This document shows positions 37,961 through 46,275 of a DNA stretch of 46,275 bases, piece by piece. The position numbers and the translations under genes were made by a program. The notes under the pieces were generated by a model that was given only the letters and a program-made list of their open reading frames with translations, did not search any database and was not told where the DNA came from. This DNA comes from Nanobdellati archaeon. GTDB lineage: Archaea; EX4484-52; GLR71. The stretch's first letter is position 1. Every line of letters begins with the position of its first letter. The stretch is from the NCBI GenBank assembly GCA_019429125.1, contig JAHYJO010000013.1, positions 1 to 46,275 of the forward strand, in the 5' to 3' direction.

Positions 37961-38794
37961 TCATAGCCTTAATCGTCTCGGTTTATTTTTTAACAAACTT
38001 CTCGCAGATTTTATTATGTGATTATTGTCAGAGTATAAATATTTTGAGGAATCGTCACCATTATATTCTATATTGTGCCTATAATTATTTAAAAATCGTT
38101 CAATGTTTTTTTTAAGGATATCATGTTTCTGCATATGTGCTACTATACGAATTATTTCACCTTCATAAGAACCATCATTTGTCACAAAATAGGCATTGCC
38201 AAAATCTAATAATTTTGCATGTTTTGTCACGGTATCAATCATAAGGTGATGTGGTATTTCTTCATTATATATGACACTTTTCTGATGCATCTCTGAAAAG
38301 ATATCTGCAACTATTTTTGCGTATATGGTCTGGTGTCGTTTTAAGAATCTAAAATTATTGTGATATGCTGGCATATAAGGTATGTATTCTTCTGAGATGA
38401 TATGTTCGTTACCTGAATTAATGCAGCACTTTAATTTTGGCATGAAACTTGAGTCTTTCAATTGTTCTATAATATTACATTCTTGTTTAGTTTGGGCATA
38501 TTTTATTATATATTGCGGGGTCTCGTCTTTATCTTTAATCAAAAAAACCAGATCATAATTGTTGGTATATAACCAATTATAGTTCTTATCATGTTTATTT
38601 AATCTACCATAATGTTTAAATTGGTGAACATTATCATCTGATTTTTCATCTCTTTTTGAATTTTTATATATTAAGATATCATTTATATCATTATCGGATA
38701 TTTTCATTTTATCAAAGGCAGGTCTTAGTTCTGTGATTAAATTAGGTATTATTTGTTTTGGTAGAGGTTTCCAAAAGTTATATTTTTCAGGCAT
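37961..38794 (-). CDS. Protein-kinase-like fold (RIO/Bud32-like) with aberrant catalytic loop
   Basis: YIIK, helix-C Glu, MPKL, EEYI hinge, MH...VIYNEEIPHHLMI, LLDFGNA. Confidence 0.75.
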   Translation of the reverse strand: MPEKYNFWKPLPKQIIPNLITELRPAFDKMKISDNDINDILIYKNSKRDEKSDDNVHQFKHYGRLNKHDKNYNWLYTNNYDLVFLIKDKDETPQYIIKYAQTKQECNIIEQLKDSSFMPKLKCCINSGNEHIISEEYIPYMPAYHNNFRFLKRHQTIYAKIVADIFSEMHQKSVIYNEEIPHHLMIDTVTKHAKLLDFGNAYFVTNDGSYEGEIIRIVAHMQKHDILKKNIERFLNNYRHNIEYNGDDSSKYLYSDNNHIIKSARSLLKNKPRRLRL

Positions 38795-38932
38795 GAATAT
38801 TATTTAATGGATATAGATTTATAAAAGTTATCATTTAGAAGTTATAAAATGTGATACCTATAATATTTTGTATAATGATTGATTATCCAATAAAATTTTT
38901 AACAATTAATATAAAATAGATACACTGTATTT

Positions 38933-39307
38933 TTATTTTATTCTTATACCTTTCTTTTTCAGCATATCTGCCTTTTTCTTTGAGCATCTCTCGCATCTGA
39001 ATTCTGGTTTTTTGTCATCTGTCCTGTCATAATTTTCAGACTTTACAAGACGGTAACCTCTCGAGACTTTGTTGCAGTCTGTGCATTTAATCTTTTCTTT
39101 GATTTCCCATCGTGTTGCAAGGTCATCTGTCGTAAATATGTATCTATCTACCCAGAAAAATATTAGTCCACCTATAAGGTTGGCTATAATTGTTGCTGTC
39201 CACCTATCTGTTGTAGATAACCATATCAGAACAAGTGCAAGTATGGGTGTGCTCAACTGCCACCTTGCAAGGTATAAGGTATATCGTTTAATGTTGACTT
39301 TCATCAT
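38933..39307 (-). CDS. Small two-TM membrane protein with C-terminal CxxC..CxxC zinc ribbon
   Basis: RWQLSTPIL and ANLIGGLIFFWVDRYIF; CTDC..CERC; start overlaps the sec11 stop. Confidence 0.75.
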   Translation of the reverse strand: MMKVNIKRYTLYLARWQLSTPILALVLIWLSTTDRWTATIIANLIGGLIFFWVDRYIFTTDDLATRWEIKEKIKCTDCNKVSRGYRLVKSENYDRTDDKKPEFRCERCSKKKADMLKKKGIRIK

Positions 39308-39804
39308 ATTATCAGATTTATAGCTTTCTCAAGAAGTATTCTTGGATAACCTAAATATGGAATTCTTAAAAGTGGTGTTCCGTGAACCCATTCAGGTTGT
39401 ACTACCCATGGGTCAGCTTTTGAGTTTGTGATTGTGTTGTCGCCTTTTGTCTTGAAAGAACCGTCATCATATATCTCAAAGACGCGGTGGATTATTAGTT
39501 TTCCCATTGGGGGGTAATAGTACACTATTATGTCACCGTTAACTATGGTTTCTGGGTCAATCCCTTTCAGGAATAACATGTCGCCAATTTGTAATGTGGG
39601 TATCATTGATCCTGAGACTACTGTCACTATAGGGTCTGGGGTTGCGAGGACAAATTTTAGTCCAGTGTAAATGAAGAGCGCGAAGAAGATTCCTAAGAAT
39701 ATGTATAATATGTCTCCTAGGAATTCATTTTTAATAAGTGTCCTTAATTTTTGTTGCAGTTTATTCTCTTTTTTTTGATTTGGCGCAAAATCTTTAGTTT
39801 CCAT
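39304..39804 (-). CDS. sec11: Signal peptidase I, archaeal Sec11 type
   Basis: VSGSMIP..GD, IIHRV, TKGDN and IPYLG motifs. Confidence 0.95.
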   Translation of the reverse strand: METKDFAPNQKKENKLQQKLRTLIKNEFLGDILYIFLGIFFALFIYTGLKFVLATPDPIVTVVSGSMIPTLQIGDMLFLKGIDPETIVNGDIIVYYYPPMGKLIIHRVFEIYDDGSFKTKGDNTITNSKADPWVVQPEWVHGTPLLRIPYLGYPRILLEKAINLII

Positions 39805-39867
39805 AAGAACAACTCATTAGGATATTAAATATTTTTCAAGGATGTTTATATATATAGAGGATTGATT

Positions 39868-40014
39868 TTAGAAAGATGCACTTTTATAGCCTTCTTCTTT
39901 TACTATTTTTTTGAAATGTTCGATATCTATAGGATAATTTTGTTTATCTATAAAATATTCATCTATTATGTATAGTATATCATACAAATAGAGAGCTAAA
40001 CTGTTCATTGACAT
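39868..40014 (-). CDS. Possible 48-aa small protein (MSMNSLALYLYDILYIIDEYFIDKQNYPIDIEHFKKIVKEEGYKSASF)
   Basis: ATG-to-TAA ORF filling the gap 21 nt after the upstream gene on the same strand; weak AGTTGA SD. Confidence 0.35.
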   Translation of the reverse strand: MSMNSLALYLYDILYIIDEYFIDKQNYPIDIEHFKKIVKEEGYKSASF

Positions 40015-40035
40015 AAAAATCAACTTTTATTGAAA

Positions 40036-41061
40036 TTAATGATATAGATTTCTTAAATATCTTTCATGAATTTCTTCTTGTTTTCTCAATAAATCCCAAA
40101 TATTTGTTATATTTGAAGAGAATATGTCTGCAAGCTGGAAATTTGTAGTATCAAATTGTGAGGTGATATCAGAATAAAATCCGGCTATACCTGCTGTGCC
40201 AAAAGTTCCTTGTGGCATTGTGTCTGTGTAGGGTATCTGTATTGGTGATATAGGTGTTGATGAACTATTTTCGGGATTATACATCTTAGTCTCAAGCTCT
40301 CTGTCAAGCATTTCTAAAGCATTGTAAACTTTTGCAAGGTCTATATCCAATTCTGCAAAGACTGAATTAAAAGAGTCCATAGCTTTAAAGAAGTCGCCAT
40401 AAGTTTCAAGAGCGTTGTAGAATGTTTCTTGTCCTTCTTCTATGTTGCCTTTACCAAGTACATAATATATGTTTTCAACTATACCTTTACATTTATCATA
40501 TACAGGGTCTGAAGTATTTAGATGTGCATTATATTGTTTCTCAAGTTGATTCATATATTCATTTATCATATACTCTGCAGTCAATTCTGCGTCACCTTCC
40601 CCGAAAGAGCGAAGCATGTTTGTTGAATATTCTAATTGTTCTCGATGCGCTAATTCATGAAGTGTAGTGTAAAGTGTATCGTTTGCAGAAAGATTGTTAT
40701 TATAAAATATGTCTGCATCTATAATCATTTCACCTGTTGAATCATATCCTATACTTGATTTAATCATGCCTGCAACACCGTAAGGTAAATTATCAACACC
40801 GTATACGTTTGTGTCATTGAAAATGTCTGCTATTTTGTCAGGATTTGAGGAATTGTCAAGATAAATTTGTTCTGCTATGTCTTTAACACCATATATATTA
40901 ATTGCAGCATCTAATCCACCTGCAGATTTTATATCTGAATAGATTGAACTGGTTGAAATAGAATCGTAGTTTATGCTTTTACTGTCTGCAGAAGTTGTAC
41001 TTAATGATGAATAAGTAGAACTACATGAACTACCACTGCAGGAGGCACAACTATCTGACAT
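40036..41061 (-). CDS. Acidic gluzincin-like metallopeptidase with Cys/Ser-rich N-terminus
   Basis: TTLHELAH followed by FGEGDAEL (third-ligand Glu); no signal peptide. Confidence 0.75.
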   Translation of the reverse strand: MSDSCASCSGSSCSSTYSSLSTTSADSKSINYDSISTSSIYSDIKSAGGLDAAINIYGVKDIAEQIYLDNSSNPDKIADIFNDTNVYGVDNLPYGVAGMIKSSIGYDSTGEMIIDADIFYNNNLSANDTLYTTLHELAHREQLEYSTNMLRSFGEGDAELTAEYMINEYMNQLEKQYNAHLNTSDPVYDKCKGIVENIYYVLGKGNIEEGQETFYNALETYGDFFKAMDSFNSVFAELDIDLAKVYNALEMLDRELETKMYNPENSSSTPISPIQIPYTDTMPQGTFGTAGIAGFYSDITSQFDTTNFQLADIFSSNITNIWDLLRKQEEIHERYLRNLYH

Positions 41062-41211
41062 AATAATGACCTATAGTATAAATTAGTATTATTTAACTTT
41101 AAATATGTTATTTATTTGACATTATTTGGTTTTTGTATGTTTTTTGGGGTTTTTGAATAATTTTGGTTTTTTTCAGTTATGTTTAATAAAAATTTGTATC
41201 TAATAATTGTT

Positions 41212-42585
41212 ATGGATAAAAAGACTGTGCCTATAATGGACAGACCAACACCGGAACAGATACAGCAGTATTACCTTCGTCCTGAGATATTGAAACATAT
41301 GTTTTCAATATGTTATAATAAAGAAATTGCGCCACGGTTTGATGCGTCCTATTATGGTAAAAGACCGGCTTCTGCACCGTTTTTAGGTGACCTTGAATAT
41401 ATGGTGAAACAGAAGGCTACATCGTTTCACGGGTCGGTTGAACTGTGGAAAAATCCCATGGCACTTTCAAGCGAACTCAATAAGATTGAACTTAATTCTT
41501 TGCGTTCTGGCTGGGACTTTATACTTGACATAGATTGTGATTTAGGTTTTGAGTATGCGCGCACAACTGCAATGCTTCTTGTGTCAGCTCTTGAGACATT
41601 CGGAATCAAGAATATCTCTGCAAAATTTAGTGGCAGTCGTGGTATTCATGTCGCAGTGTCACATAAATCTTTTCCTGAAACTATAAATGGAGTGCCAATA
41701 AGTCGTATGTATCCTGAACTTCCTAGAAATATGGTGGGGTTTTTGAGAGCTTTTATTAAGAAAAGGCTTGTTGAAAAATTCATTGAGATTGATGCATCTG
41801 TACAGCCACTTCTTAAAGAAGAAGGTTCTCTTGAACCTAATCCATATAATATTATCGATGTTGAAGAAAATTGGGGAGTTAGGCACCTGTTTAGATTCCC
41901 ATATTCTTTTAATGAGAAAACGTGGCTTGTGAGCAAGCCGATTCTAAAAGATAAGATAATCGATTTTAGGTATGATGATGCGCGATATGATAAGGTTAAA
42001 GGAGATATAGGGTTCCTTGAGACCTGGGAAGCAGATGAGGCATCAACTCTTGTTCTTGAGACTATGGATTGGGCGGAAGAACAGGATGAGATTAATGAGA
42101 AATTACAAAAGAACAAAAAGTCTGCATATGATGGGAAACGGTTTGATGGACCTCTGAAAAAGATTGAAGATACATATTTCCCGCCTTGTATCATAAATAT
42201 GCTTAACGGTGTTCTTGATGGACGAAAAAGGGCAATATTTGTGCTTATTAATTTTTTTATGACTTGCGGATGGGAGTTAAAAGAGATTGAAGACGAACTT
42301 CTTGAATGGAACAAGAGAAATCCAGATCCTATAAAGACTGTATATATATCAACACAGCTCAATTATGCTTTACAGAGAGAGAAACCAATCATGCCACCCA
42401 ATTGCCAGAATAAGGGGTATTATATGGATATGAAGGTATGTGTGCCGAACGGATTCTGTCCAAAGATTACGAATCCTGCAAGTTATGCAATTAAGAGAGC
42501 GGGTGTGTCTGATAAAGGTAAGAAGGACAAGACTAAGAAGATTGGTAAAAAAAGTGTGACGAAAAAAGAAATTAAGAGGAATTGA
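41212..42585 (+). CDS. priS: Fused DNA primase: PriS catalytic domain plus PriL C-terminal Fe-S domain (DPANN type)
   Basis: GWDFILDID, SGSRGIH and RFPYS motifs, then FPPCI, GRKR, PPNC..C..C; start uncertain (41179, 41212 or 41236). Confidence 0.92.
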   Translation: MDKKTVPIMDRPTPEQIQQYYLRPEILKHMFSICYNKEIAPRFDASYYGKRPASAPFLGDLEYMVKQKATSFHGSVELWKNPMALSSELNKIELNSLRSGWDFILDIDCDLGFEYARTTAMLLVSALETFGIKNISAKFSGSRGIHVAVSHKSFPETINGVPISRMYPELPRNMVGFLRAFIKKRLVEKFIEIDASVQPLLKEEGSLEPNPYNIIDVEENWGVRHLFRFPYSFNEKTWLVSKPILKDKIIDFRYDDARYDKVKGDIGFLETWEADEASTLVLETMDWAEEQDEINEKLQKNKKSAYDGKRFDGPLKKIEDTYFPPCIINMLNGVLDGRKRAIFVLINFFMTCGWELKEIEDELLEWNKRNPDPIKTVYISTQLNYALQREKPIMPPNCQNKGYYMDMKVCVPNGFCPKITNPASYAIKRAGVSDKGKKDKTKKIGKKSVTKKEIKRN

Positions 42586-42608
42586 TAAAGGGCTCTGTGA
42601 GTTTTAAA

Positions 42609-43331
42609 TCAACAGTTTTCCCATTCAAATTCTGTGTCATCTGTATCTTCTGTGCATCTGACTTTGTTGCTTACTATCTTATAATATTTTAAATTTGTGT
42701 TTTCAAGAACTTTTCTGTAATTACAACAGTAATAATTTGCGTAGTTGTTCTGTAATGCATAGTTATCAAGTTCAAGTTCTGAATATTTTTGTTTCTTTAA
42801 ATCTAAATCATTTTTGTACAGTTCTAATTCATTTGATAAGGTTGTTTTGGAAGTGTTGCAGTAGTTAAAATTTGTTTTGATGGATGTAAGTTCATTTGAA
42901 CATGTAATGTATTGTGAAGATAAAGTGTTTTTCTGTTGGATGCATGCTTCGGCAGTTGTTGATTTGCTTTCAAGTTCTATCTGGTACTGAGACAATTTTC
43001 CGGAATCGGTATTTAATTGGTTCTGGCACAGATAAAATTGCTTGTTTGCTTCAAATTTTGATAAGTCTGGAAAGTCTGAGTTTTGAGAAATAGCTTTGTC
43101 TTCTTGACTTAAAGTTAGGTTCCCTGTAATTTTCGATCCAATTAGTAATAGAACAAGAATAAGTGTTACTGAGATAAATAATGGTTTCTTTACTTTGTCA
43201 ATAATTTTTATAATAGGCGCATTAGTAGTATTTATAGTATGATTTGTTTTTTTATCTGCGATGTTTTTACAAGTATTTGATTTAGGTCTTTGTGTCTTAT
43301 TCTCTTTTGGTGTGAAATTATATCCTGCCAT
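42609..43331 (-). CDS. Single-TM protein with Cys-studded extracellular coiled coil and small Cys-rich C-terminal head
   Basis: TM followed by KITG; heptad repeats; Cys spacing of 28, 14 and 14; YYCC..VRC..C. Confidence 0.75.
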   Translation of the reverse strand: MAGYNFTPKENKTQRPKSNTCKNIADKKTNHTINTTNAPIIKIIDKVKKPLFISVTLILVLLLIGSKITGNLTLSQEDKAISQNSDFPDLSKFEANKQFYLCQNQLNTDSGKLSQYQIELESKSTTAEACIQQKNTLSSQYITCSNELTSIKTNFNYCNTSKTTLSNELELYKNDLDLKKQKYSELELDNYALQNNYANYYCCNYRKVLENTNLKYYKIVSNKVRCTEDTDDTEFEWENC

Positions 43332-43408
43332 AGTATTATATTTGTGTCTAGGGTTTATAAATATTTACAAAAAAAGAATTGAAAAGAAAAAAGAAAAAAT
43401 TTTTAGGA

Positions 43409-45088
43409 TTACTCACATTCAATTGTCATTACAAGTTTGCCGTAAACTTTTTCACTTGAAAGGATACTACAGTCTGAAAAATCACCAGTAATACTATCAT
43501 TATTCTGTGTTGATTTTTTGTCAATAGTTGTATCTGTTACGGTAACACCTTTACCATCGGTATCAAGGTCATGCCACTGGAACAGTTTTACTTGTTCTGT
43601 CTTTGCATCTACAACTGCGACAGCTTTGAGTACCATCGCCTCATAGAATCCCGAATAGATAGGTATCACATAGAAATATCCATTGTCAATCCTCTTGAAT
43701 AGCGGCTGAAGCGGGTACCAGTCTGAATAAAGGCTGATTTCACCTCTTGCACCGTCAAGGGCACGTTCGGGACCTATTAGACCCATAGCTCTTGTGTCAT
43801 AGATTGTGACTTTTCCGTATTCTGTGCCTTCTGCCTCAATATCTATATAGTGAGTGATTGCTTTTCGTGTGTTGCCTTCAGGCTCTAATTGTATCAGTCC
43901 GAACAGGCGGTCATCTTCTTTATCATACTGGAAATAGAATTCTTTTGCAATCTCATAGACATTCTCATGTTGGAGATAATAGTTTATGAAACCTTTCCAG
44001 CTTGCGTATCTTGCCCAAATAATTGTTCGTTTCATTGAATAATCTTCATCAATCAATGCCTGGTTGTCAAGAAGCCACGCAGGTGCATTGCCTGAAGTTA
44101 TGTCATTTTCACTGTAAAATGCTTTTGTTCCGTCATTATAAAGTGCAACAATACCAACCTGCTTTGTATAGAATTTTGTGATAAATATTGTAGGTATCTC
44201 AAGCTTTACGGGTGCGAACCATACAGGTTCACTGTTATCATCATGGCTCAATACGGTGTCTCCAAAATTGAAATATGGGTAGCTTAACCAGTAATTTATG
44301 TTTACATCCCTTATCTTTCCTGAGAATATTATCTGGTATGCGAGAGGTATTAGGCCTTTTCTTTCTTCTGAGTATTCCATCGTTGTCTTTATCTTTGTCC
44401 TTTTTGATGGGTTCTGCGCATCTACCAATATGTATGCAGGTGATGGGTTGCCCATGTTGACAAGTCTTGTGGGTTCATAACCTATTACCCAATTTAGAGT
44501 ATTGTCTATCGGATAGATGCCATCCCAATCTCCTGAGAGTTTCCAGCCGGTCTCTGTGACCATAGTCTTTGGTATCTGGAGTGCATATTCTTGGGATACA
44601 AGACGCATATTTTTTATGTTGTCCCATTCTATGTCTTGTACACCTGTGTCTGTTTCTGGACTTACTATTACTATCTCAGCATTATCCATGTCATACCAGC
44701 CTACTTCCATAGGCGGTGCAAAGATTGTTGCAAATATGTTAAGGAAAAACAGTATCAATACCAGAGCAGTTATTATATGTGCCTTTGGCTTTTTTAGTTT
44801 TATTTTTGATGCGTCTTCAGTCATCATAGATGCTAGATTATCTAGACCTATGCTCTTTGACAGGCCTATTATGAATATGCGCAATATGACTGCAAATATT
44901 ATTGCACCAGTTGAGCTTATGCTTACAAGAACAATACCTACTACCCATGAAAACATGATATCTCGTATCAGACCTTTCTTGCCGAAATTGCTAAGTACAC
45001 CAAATACTGCGATACCACCGACTAGAAATGCCCAGAGGGTGTAGAAACCAACAAATCCTAGATTTGTGAAAATATCAATCCATAACAT
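43409..45088 (-). CDS. Membrane protein with about four N-terminal TM helices and a large beta-rich extracellular domain
   Basis: 559-aa ORF; hydrophobic first ~125 aa; family not recognised. Confidence 0.75.
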   Translation of the reverse strand: MLWIDIFTNLGFVGFYTLWAFLVGGIAVFGVLSNFGKKGLIRDIMFSWVVGIVLVSISSTGAIIFAVILRIFIIGLSKSIGLDNLASMMTEDASKIKLKKPKAHIITALVLILFFLNIFATIFAPPMEVGWYDMDNAEIVIVSPETDTGVQDIEWDNIKNMRLVSQEYALQIPKTMVTETGWKLSGDWDGIYPIDNTLNWVIGYEPTRLVNMGNPSPAYILVDAQNPSKRTKIKTTMEYSEERKGLIPLAYQIIFSGKIRDVNINYWLSYPYFNFGDTVLSHDDNSEPVWFAPVKLEIPTIFITKFYTKQVGIVALYNDGTKAFYSENDITSGNAPAWLLDNQALIDEDYSMKRTIIWARYASWKGFINYYLQHENVYEIAKEFYFQYDKEDDRLFGLIQLEPEGNTRKAITHYIDIEAEGTEYGKVTIYDTRAMGLIGPERALDGARGEISLYSDWYPLQPLFKRIDNGYFYVIPIYSGFYEAMVLKAVAVVDAKTEQVKLFQWHDLDTDGKGVTVTDTTIDKKSTQNNDSITGDFSDCSILSSEKVYGKLVMTIECE

Positions 45089-45181
45089 AAAAGTTAATTA
45101 GAGTTTTGATGTTTATATATGAATGTAGAAATTCCTATAAATATTAACCACTATTCTAAAATTTTTTGATAAGATACACAT

Positions 45182-46090
45182 TTAGATTACACGTACAATA
45201 GACACTATATATAATACTAAAAATATCACGCCGTCAAATTGCGTCAATTTGCGCCGTACTGTCACCATGTACAGAAGTAAGGTCAATATGATTAGAATTG
45301 GCATGGTTGTTATATAAAAGGATTTGATAATAGGGATTGTTGCCATAGTCGTCATTGCCCCCAACACAATTAAAGTATTGAAAAGGTTTGAACCTATTAT
45401 GTTTCCTACTGCAAGACCATGATGTTTCTTTCGCATTGCAATAAGTGAGGCTGTAAGTTCGGGAAGACTTGTGCCGATGGCTATGAATATGAAACCGAAT
45501 GCGCTTTTTGACATCCCTAAGGCTGTCAATATACCAATTCCTGATGAGATTAGGTAGTTTGCGCCAACTGTAAGTGCGACAAGACCTACGCCTAACAAAA
45601 TAAACTCTATGTTTTTTATGTTATCTTCAGTTTGCGGTATCTTTTGTTTCTTGTGCAACTTGACAGACCATGTTAGGTATATAGTATATGCACCTATGAA
45701 AAATATTCCTTCCATAAATGTCAACACATAATCTGCAAATGCTATTATTGTGGCCATGATTGAAAACATGAGAAAATAAATGTCTTGTTTTTTTACATTA
45801 CACCTTATGTATTTGGAATATAAGATTGTAGTTATGCCTAATACCAGGCCTATGTTTGCTATGTTTGATCCGATTATGTTTGATACTGCAATCTCGGGGG
45901 TTCTGTAATAGACTGCAGTCAATGATGATGCCAGTTCGGGTAGGCTTGTGCCTATTGCAACGATTGTCAGCCCTATAAGGAATTCTGAAATGTTATACTT
46001 TTTTGCTATTTTTATGGCGCTCTCTGTTGTGATATCTGCACCTTTTATTACTGCTAGAAGAGATATGATAAATATGATTATGTCAAACAT
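45182..46090 (-). CDS. Ca2+/Na+ antiporter (CaCA/YrbG family)
   Basis: Two GTSLPEL alpha repeats with GSNIAN and GSNLFN; ATG 46090 preferred. Confidence 0.96.
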   Translation of the reverse strand: MFDIIIFIISLLAVIKGADITTESAIKIAKKYNISEFLIGLTIVAIGTSLPELASSLTAVYYRTPEIAVSNIIGSNIANIGLVLGITTILYSKYIRCNVKKQDIYFLMFSIMATIIAFADYVLTFMEGIFFIGAYTIYLTWSVKLHKKQKIPQTEDNIKNIEFILLGVGLVALTVGANYLISSGIGILTALGMSKSAFGFIFIAIGTSLPELTASLIAMRKKHHGLAVGNIIGSNLFNTLIVLGAMTTMATIPIIKSFYITTMPILIILTLLLYMVTVRRKLTQFDGVIFLVLYIVSIVRVI

Positions 46091-46144
46091 GATAATGATT
46101 TGAGGGATAAAGATATATATACAAGATAAATGCAAAAAAATATT

Positions 46145-46275
46145 ATGAGTATTATCAAGAAATTGTTAGGTCTTGAAAATGAATATGTATGTCACATTTG
46201 TGGCAAGGTATTTACAAATCCGAGGGCATATAAGCTGCATAATGCAAATCATAAGATAATATTTACTAAAAATAT
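46145..46275 (+). CDS. Partial small protein with a classical C2H2 zinc finger (runs off the window edge)
   Basis: MSIIKKLLGLENEYVCHICGKVFTNPRAYKLHNANHKIIFTKN.. fits C-x2-C-x12-H-x3-H; TATA-like box near 46113. Confidence 0.75.
   Translation, partial: MSIIKKLLGLENEYVCHICGKVFTNPRAYKLHNANHKIIFTKN

Noticed and set aside
41115-41175. TTTGACATT plus T-rich tract resembling the MITE B left end
   Set aside because: Short, low-complexity match with no right end or TSD.
41646-42362. 238-aa antisense ORF, and similar ORFs opposite dnaK, pus10, lysS and the surface genes
   Set aside because: Shadow ORFs of well-supported genes with no motifs of their own.

Overview
AT-rich archaeal chromosomal window, most likely from a DPANN lineage. 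Markers are a fused PriS-PriL primase, class I LysRS, the pus10-rpl21e-rpo4-DUF655 block, TrmY, Sec11 and a class III signal-peptide (pilin-like) operon. Housekeeping genes: grpE-dnaK-dnaJ, GAPOR, lysS with a nearby tRNA-Lys(UUU), HIT, PUA, acylphosphatase and a Ca/Na antiporter. Accessory content: several large Ig-fold surface proteins, three Zn-metalloproteases, an atypical kinase and a toxin-antitoxin-like pair. Features missing from the ORF track: two families of non-autonomous IS-derived elements (MITEs), three of the four copies with clear target-site duplications; four pseudogenes with traceable lesions (a 1-nt loss in an A6 run, two in-frame stops, a 7-bp tandem duplication, and a decayed surface-protein paralog); a 33-bp-periodic triple palindrome over a promoter; and a C2H2 zinc-finger ORF at the right edge. 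The most unusual signal is an adhesin-like gene whose two C-terminal repeats differ only by amino-acid-changing substitutions that all involve adenine. This resembles DGR mutagenesis, but no reverse transcriptase or template lies in the window. All family calls come from motif recognition by eye, not database searches.
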